Shown here piece after piece: positions 57,801 to 64,000 of a stretch of 64,000 nucleotides of DNA. Source of the stretch: Zootoca vivipara (Eukaryota); NCBI RefSeq assembly GCF_963506605.1, contig NC_083294.1, positions 31,000,001-31,064,000 of the forward strand, written 5' to 3'. Within the stretch, counting starts at the first letter, position 1; each line of letters begins with the position of its first letter. Below the pieces are notes generated by a model, which made no database searches, was not told the DNA's origin, and saw only the letters and a program-made list of their open reading frames with translations. Position numbers and translations under genes: made by a program.

Positions 57801-60800
57801 TGCATGTATAAAGTGAATGTAAACATACTGTAGTGCTGTGGTGGGGAGATCACCTCTTCCCACCATCAGATCAATTTTCTGATGAGCAGAGGTGATGATA
57901 ACTCCTTCTCAGAGGCTGGTCTGCATGAATCAGCTGAGGATATGAGCTCTGTGAAGAGGGGGGAGCAGTATTGTGTGGGTACATCTACTTTTGGTCACAC
58001 CTATTAATGGCATGCGGCCCCTGGAAGATTTGTCAAAGGTGAATGTGGCCCTTGGACTTTACACTTCTGTGCTGAAGTTTCTCATTTTCATTGCCTGAGG
58101 AGTGAGTGTTTTTTTTAATGTTTGTGTCATGGAAGTACCCATCTAACATAAACACAGATAAATTAAGAAAAAACAGCTACTAAATCATCTGTAGGCACCT
58201 TACATTCAATTCTGGCAGGCACCTCCTCTTTCCCCCTGCTCATTCTGAGCACTGGAGACTTGCCACTTCTCAGAAGACAAAGGGGAAATAAAAAGAGAAA
58301 ATGCCCCATCGCTCACTTCATGCTGGAAATGAGAGGCAATTACATACAATGTCTAATTTATCTCCACATAGGGGTAAACAATGTAGTAAATAGCAGTGGC
58401 ACTCAACCGCTCTGTCATGTGAGTCCAAATAAGTTATTACAACATGACAGAGCGGTTGAGCGTCACTGCTATTTACTACATTGTTTACCCCATGTGGAGA
58501 TAAATTAGACATTATATGTAATTTTCTCAGCAGGTTGCGTTTTTTGTGGTTTATGCTGGAAATGAGAGGCAAGCCCTGCCCTTCTCCTGAGTCCTCAAGC
58601 ACATACAGAGATCTCTGGAACAGAAAGGGCCTCATCTCTAACTTCTTACCAGATTCTGGTCAGGAGCAATCAGGACAGATCTGCACTGCTTCTAACTTTT
58701 ACCAAAGCCAGTGCCAACTAATCCTGGACCTACTTTAAGTTATCTGTGTATACCGGAAGATTTAGGGGAGAGGGGCTGGTAACCAGAAAAAAATTGTTCC
58801 TGTGCACATCACCTCCATTATGTCAGTCTTGTTTCTAGAAGCAGTATATTAAGAATGGGAGGAATCTACAACCCTGAATTGCTTCCCCTGGAGTGCAAAT
58901 GTAACCTCGTGTATTCTCTATTTAGTTCCAGTTTTACATGTGGGCTGGCTGGTGCCGTTGCTTCAAATCCAGTGGATGTGGTGCGGACACGTATGATGAA
59001 TCAAAGGGCCATTGTGGGGACTGTTGACCTCTACAGGGGTACACTGGATGGTCTGGTAAAGGTAAGCTTTGTAACAGAGTCACTTTTGGGTCTTGAAATG
59101 TCAGGGACAAAATGGAAGATGGGTTAAAATCCTAAAAGTCCTTTGAGGTTGCTCGTATAACATTAAAATAATTCAGTGATGTGTGTATGGCAAGTGAGGT
59201 TTCTCCAAAAGCTAATTAACATCCCAGTATTATGCCATCCATTCACAGTTTGTAGAAGCAAACAGTATAAAGCAGCCTCTTTCAGTCAGTCCCTTTCTTC
59301 TTTACTACTTTTTAAAAATAAAATAAATACAGATACAAACTGATCAGTGATTTGGTGTGTATGTAGGGATTGCGCTTTTTCCAGGACAAGGATGAATGAC
59401 AAATCTACTGGGAACTTCTTGTGCCTTCTAAATGAAGGAGACTTGCACGCAAGCACATGTTTGTGTATTCCTGGAAATTCTTGTGCCTGCCTCCAAAGCT
59501 AGCCACTGGGACTTTGCCTGCAGTTAAAACACTAGAAAGAGCAAAGGCATGTAATGAGCAGCTGGAGGAGATAGCAGGTTCCTGTGGTGCTCCAGATGTT
59601 GCTGGGCTACAAAGTCCCATCATCCCTGACCCATTGGACATTCTGCCTGGGAACGATGAGAGCTGGACTTCAACAGCACTTGGAGAGCTACAGGTTTCCC
59701 ACCTCTGAACTAGAGATTATCTAAAAGCTGAATATCACCCTGTAACAGAAAGCTAATTGCTTTCTGTTCTGCCATATAGCTCCAGGCCTTTGAGAGAACT
59801 GGTAGGTTGATCACAGTGGATCCTGAAAATTTTCTGTCTCCTTCCCAGACATGGAAAAGTGAGGGCTTCTTCGCGCTTTACAAAGGATTCTGGCCAAATT
59901 GGTTGCGGCTTGGGCCCTGGAACATCATTGTATCCTTTAACGTGTGTGACCTTGGTGGGAAAGTAAAGTTGGAGAGAGTTCTCAAAGCAATTATCCCATA
60001 GTAGTCTTTCTGGAGTTAGATATTAGATCACAGCTAGACAGATCTTGCAACAATGACGTATTCTCATTTCACTTTCAACTGCAACTAAACCAAACTGTTG
60101 TTTAAAGGTGAATGCCCAGTGCGTGATGCAGGCTGCTAAAATTGCAAGGGCTTCACTTTGCTCCTTGTTTGTTGCTGCTAGGGACCAAGCCATGGTCTGG
60201 TTTAGTTTTGGTTCTGAACCTGGGCTTGTGGGTTCACTGCTCTCTAAACAAACCGTAAATGGTAAGACAATAACAGTCTTTGGTTACAGTTCGTGGTATA
60301 CTTGTGGAGAGAATTAGACTACTAACCTACGTTAAGATGTAATGCTAAGCCACACTGCAGCTTAGTTTCCAGCAGCATGGCAGGAACAAGGAAAGAGTCA
60401 AGCTCCTGTGATTTCATCACTGTGTGTGCTTTCAAACTGTACAGTCGTACCTCTTCTTTTCAAATAATATTGATTAATTTTCAAACATTTTGACACAAAA
60501 ACAGAAACAGAAAAGCAAAGATAAAACATAATCAAAAAAGAAAAAAAGAAAAAACATATCAATTCATTACATTAACTTGACATTGTGGACTTCCTCGATT
60601 CCCCCCACACTGGGTCCATTTATTAAATCTAAATTAAGCAATTTTCCTTTATCATCTTAAATCATTCTGACACAATTTTTCCATTATTTCCCAACCAATT
60701 CTAATCTACTCAAAGAAAAAAAAAGATACTGGCTATCCTCAACCGATAATTCATTAATTAATTCAAATCTAACTTTATTTCCCATCCATCTCTAATTCTT

Positions 60801-62404
60801 CCTTTAGCCTCACAATTTATACCCCCAATTTTTTTCCATACATTCAAATGTTATTTCTTCTATCATAATAGCCTTTAACCGCATTTATCTAATTCTACCC
60901 CCCTTCCCCTGGACTCCGGATCTTCCGGATGTATCAACCAGCCTCATAAAACGTTCCAGTTTCGGACCATCTTAATCAGAAAATAACCCATTGTTGCTCC
61001 TCAGCCTATTCCCACTCTTTCGCCACCTGTCCACCACTCTCCCTTCTTTGTTCCCTGCTCTCCCCCCCCCCAATTTTCTAACTGTAGAACAATACCACCC
61101 AGCTATGTTTCCACTTTTCAGGCCTATCTCAATTTTTTTCTAATTAAGCTCAGGCCCCAGCATGGATCCTGCCCTCCCTCCAGTCATACCTCTTTTTGTG
61201 AATGCTTCATGTTGCGTTTTTTCCGGTTAAGAACGTGGCAAAGCTGGAAGTGTTTACTTCTGGGTTTCGGCGCATGCACAGAAGCGTTCTGTGTGGTTTG
61301 CGCATGCACAGAAGCACTGCTCTGGTTGCGGACTTTTCAGGGAGCGAACGGCACCCCGGAACGGCTCGTACCACTGTACTTTAGTTTAAAGTGGTATGCA
61401 AACCATGCCACTGTACATTATGGGAATTGTGAGACTCTGGGAGCTGAAAGGACCTTGTTTTTCATTTTAAAACAAACAAACTGGTCCTCATTGTGTCTGC
61501 TGGAATTATTTACTCTGTGTAGTCTTTCTGTGCTACACTTTTAGCTCCATTTTTAGCCAAATTGATATTTTCTCAGGGGTGGGTAGTTGGGGCCCTTTTC
61601 GGCTTTGGTTTTTTTTATCTAGGATGTACTAAACAGTGGCGATACAATTACACTGAGTGGGCAAGGGAAAGGCTGCAGAACAGTGGTCAAGGGGGCCATA
61701 GGTACCACATAGCACAGCTTAGAAGTAGCAGAGCTCATGCTTTGCATGCAGAGGTTTCCAGTTCAATCCTGGCAGCTCCCATTTGAAAAAGGACCACTAG
61801 TAGTCAGAGACAGGAAAGATCTCTGCTTTCAGAATAGTGGTATTTCTTGGTATAAGGGAGCTTCATATGTCAACTGTGTATTTGGACTATATGTATAACC
61901 CAGATTTCTCACTAGTCTGAAATTGGGGGGAGGGGTGATGAAGCATTACTCTAGCTGTCTAGCATGACCAACACAGGTGGGAAACAGGCGTTGTAGTTCT
62001 CAAGTTGCAGAAACAATGAGGGAAGTCCTAAAGATATTTATTAGCTGGGCGGTAGTACCAGTCTCTAGACTTCTGCAATTCTGACTGTGGAGCTGCCTCA
62101 TTACTTGGGTGAGAAAGTGGCTTCTCTGATATTTCATGAGTGAATAGTTGCAGATGATTAGCCAAAGCAGGTGTTGGTTGAGGGTCTTCTTGTCCCAGCA
62201 GCTCCAAGTCGAAAGCACTTATGACTGGATTGCCCTTCTGTTTCATGGTTTGAAATAGAAACCTATAAAGTGGATGCTTAGCTGCTATGAGACTTGGGAC
62301 AGGGAGCAGGGTGTGGAATGAAAAGCCAATTCCTTGAGGGCATTTCTTTAACTTGTTGGCAGTTTTTTATCACCTACGAGCAGCTGAAGAGGCTCCCTTT
62401 CTAG
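48835..62404 (+). CDS. SLC25A14: Brain mitochondrial carrier protein 1 / UCP5 (290 aa, 9 coding exons)
   Basis: Exons 48835-48898, 51472-51619, 51837-51931, 53930-54015, 56923-57018, 57659-57783, 58926-59061, 59849-59929, 62363-62404 = 873 nt; three Px[DE]xx[KR]xR carrier motifs ([24 protein letters not shown]); VAEFG and PVD favour SLC25A14 over SLC25A30; synteny agrees. Confidence 0.95.
50772..51195 (+). mobile_element. Non-autonomous Helitron (same terminal family as 9115-10082)
   Basis: A|TCCTATATAATAA ... GCCCGTT-ttctt-AACGGGC, 9-nt spacer, CTAG|T; no TSD. Confidence 0.88.
54397..54623. mobile_element. Tc1/mariner (Tigger-like) MITE
   Basis: TA-flanked imperfect TIRs cagtaagcccacaatttacg / cataaattgcaggcttattg. 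Confidence 0.65.
54834..56623 (-). mobile_element. 5'-truncated non-LTR retrotransposon (RTE-X/RTE-like) with an open RT ORF
   Basis: ORF open from 56623 to stop at 54996: [34 protein letters not shown]-terminal CxC...H...C knuckle. 3' UTR has AATAAA then a TTGAA tail; perfect 13-bp TSD tggtcacattttc (54821-54833, 56624-56636). Clade assignment is inferred. Confidence 0.9.
58320..58572. repeat. Fold-back insertion: inverted repeat with ~83-bp arms, flanked by a 20-bp direct repeat
   Basis: Arms 58338-58420 and 58442-58523; atgctggaaatgagaggcaa at 58320-58339 and 58553-58572. Confidence 0.9.
59930..62362 (+). other. U12-type (minor spliceosome) GT-AG intron, last intron of SLC25A14
   Basis: 5' site GTATCCTTT; branch-point-like TTTCTTTAAC ending about 10 nt before the exon start; no long polypyrimidine tract. 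Confidence 0.88.
60442..61376. mobile_element. Tigger/pogo-like MITE whose left end is interrupted by a ~725-bp LINE 3' UTR-like insert (60456-61180)
   Basis: TA|cagtcgtacctc ... gtaccactg|TA; 14-bp TSD cagtcgtacctctt / cagtcatacctctt (60442-60455, 61181-61194). Confidence 0.7.
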
Positions 62405-62793
62405 GGGCCAGATTGGATTGGTGATTCAGCTGCCCTTCTTGCTCACCTCCCCTGTTCCTGCATCTTCATGTCTTCTTGCCTATGCGGACTGAGGCCTACC
62501 ATCCCCACTCCTGAATGCTCAGGTCTCGGGAGCAAAGCTTGGATGAGAAGGGGGATGTTGGGGCCAGTGATATTCAGTGCTTTCCCATGAAGGGAAGGTT
62601 GGAGAGCAAGGGGGGAGAGAGAGCATAGGGCTGAGTCTGTATCTTCTGTGAAGAGCTGTGTGAGTTTGAGGTCTTTCAGAGTGCAGCTTATTGCAATGTG
62701 GATTTTGCAGTAAGCTGTGCCTTCCCCTTAACTTGTGTGCAAGGGGGAAATTAAAAGGAGCTGCTGCATTCCCTTCCACTGTCATGTTACCTT

Positions 62794-62799
62794 AATAAA
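62794..62799 (+). terminator. Candidate poly(A) signal of SLC25A14
   Basis: AATAAA ~390 nt after the stop, followed by GU-rich sequence. Confidence 0.55.
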
Positions 62800-64000
62800 C
62801 TATTTATTGGAGCTATGTATGTGTTTTGTGTTTTTCAGTATTGTAAGTTTGGTGCTGGAGGAGGCAGCCTGTGAACGAGAACAGCTGCTCTTAGTAGACA
62901 CAAAAAAAAACACTAAAAAGTTGTACATCCAACTGCCCTCTTCACCAGCCCCCAAGGTGGCATTGTCACAGAATGTCTGAATTCACCAACTCCTAAAGCT
63001 GCACTGCTGTGATGACGCAAAATGTTGGTGAACATTCTAACTATTGTGAAGAAAGGATCAGTTTTTGATTCTATAAATTGCTTAATGTTCAGATTCAATG
63101 CTGCTGCCCTAGGAAACTGGAAAGTCACTTTGACTCGGATGATGATTCATGCTTGCCTAGTGATGAAGGAAGCCTAGAGAACTGAGGAGAACAGAGTAAA
63201 GATGATCAGAATGTCCTGTGTTGATTTGAAATAACCAACCAAATGCATGGCTGTATATTGCTATTAAATATGTTTTTCTTTCACTAGTGTCCTTGAGTTT
63301 GTTAAAAGAGGGAAACCTCTTGATCTGTACTGTGTTAACCCTCTAAGGGGGAAAATTGACCTCCCAGGAATGATACATCAAGGAAGTTCCTATGCGTACA
63401 GTTATTGAAGATGGGAAAAAAGGATTAAAGAGTCTATTGCATACAGATGGCGAACAAATATTAATTTCAGGCAAATAAATGGCTTTTTCAAGGATGTGGA
63501 CATCTGAGCCGTTACAGGAGATGGGGATGCCTGTTGGGATAGAAAATGCATCCTGCTGATGAAATTCAATTAGAGATTTTAAGAAAAAAGTACATTGCAG
63601 GGCAGGGAGGGAATAAAAATAGCCTTGTAGTGCAGGTTTTCCCTTTATGTTTTAATTTTATAGCTTGTTAGCCTGGGCCATGAATAAAGTTAGAAATTGG
63701 GGGCCTGGGGTTAACCCCTCCCCCTCCCCCGGTGTGCATTATCCAGTTCTCTTGTCTCTGGAGAGTGTGCTATATTGATGTATAATATCCCCAGTAAAGT
63801 GGCTGCACAAAGGTAGCAGGTAGTCGTGCTCTATCTTGATCCATATTACGGGAGCTGTTTTGTAGCATTGGCACTGGAAGGTCAACCAGCTTCGGGTTCC
63901 TTCCCCTTCATTAGCCTGATGGAGTTACATCCTGACTTCTGTGCACCAGTTTTTTTCTGGGCAGTATTCAGAACGACACCTGTGAACTGTGTGTCACAGA

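Overview
Vertebrate genomic DNA, almost certainly a squamate and probably a lacertid lizard, judged from the Sauria SINEs, CR1-tailed tRNA SINEs, lizard-type L1 ends and abundant hAT MITEs. There are five intron-containing genes from the block syntenic with human Xq26 and chicken 4p: AIFM1 (minus strand; exons 1-12 present, 3' end off the left edge), MARS2 (+, 3 exons, head-to-head with AIFM1), RAB33A (+), RBMX2 (+) and SLC25A14 (+). Exon boundaries were read by hand from GT-AG sites and all phases close. Notable points: AIFM1 has both mutually exclusive exons 2a/2b, an extra 30-nt micro-exon and a candidate intron-9 poison exon. MARS2 has introns although the human gene is intronless. The last SLC25A14 intron is U12-type. 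Two related non-autonomous Helitrons and several hAT MITEs carry GC-rich palindromes with NRF1/YY1 motifs. There is also a Penelope pLTR with a minimal hammerhead ribozyme, a young 5'-truncated RTE-X-like LINE with a perfect TSD, and two fold-back rearrangements. Most short ORFs in the supplied track are noise. Comparisons with human genes and repeat families come from memory, not from a database search.
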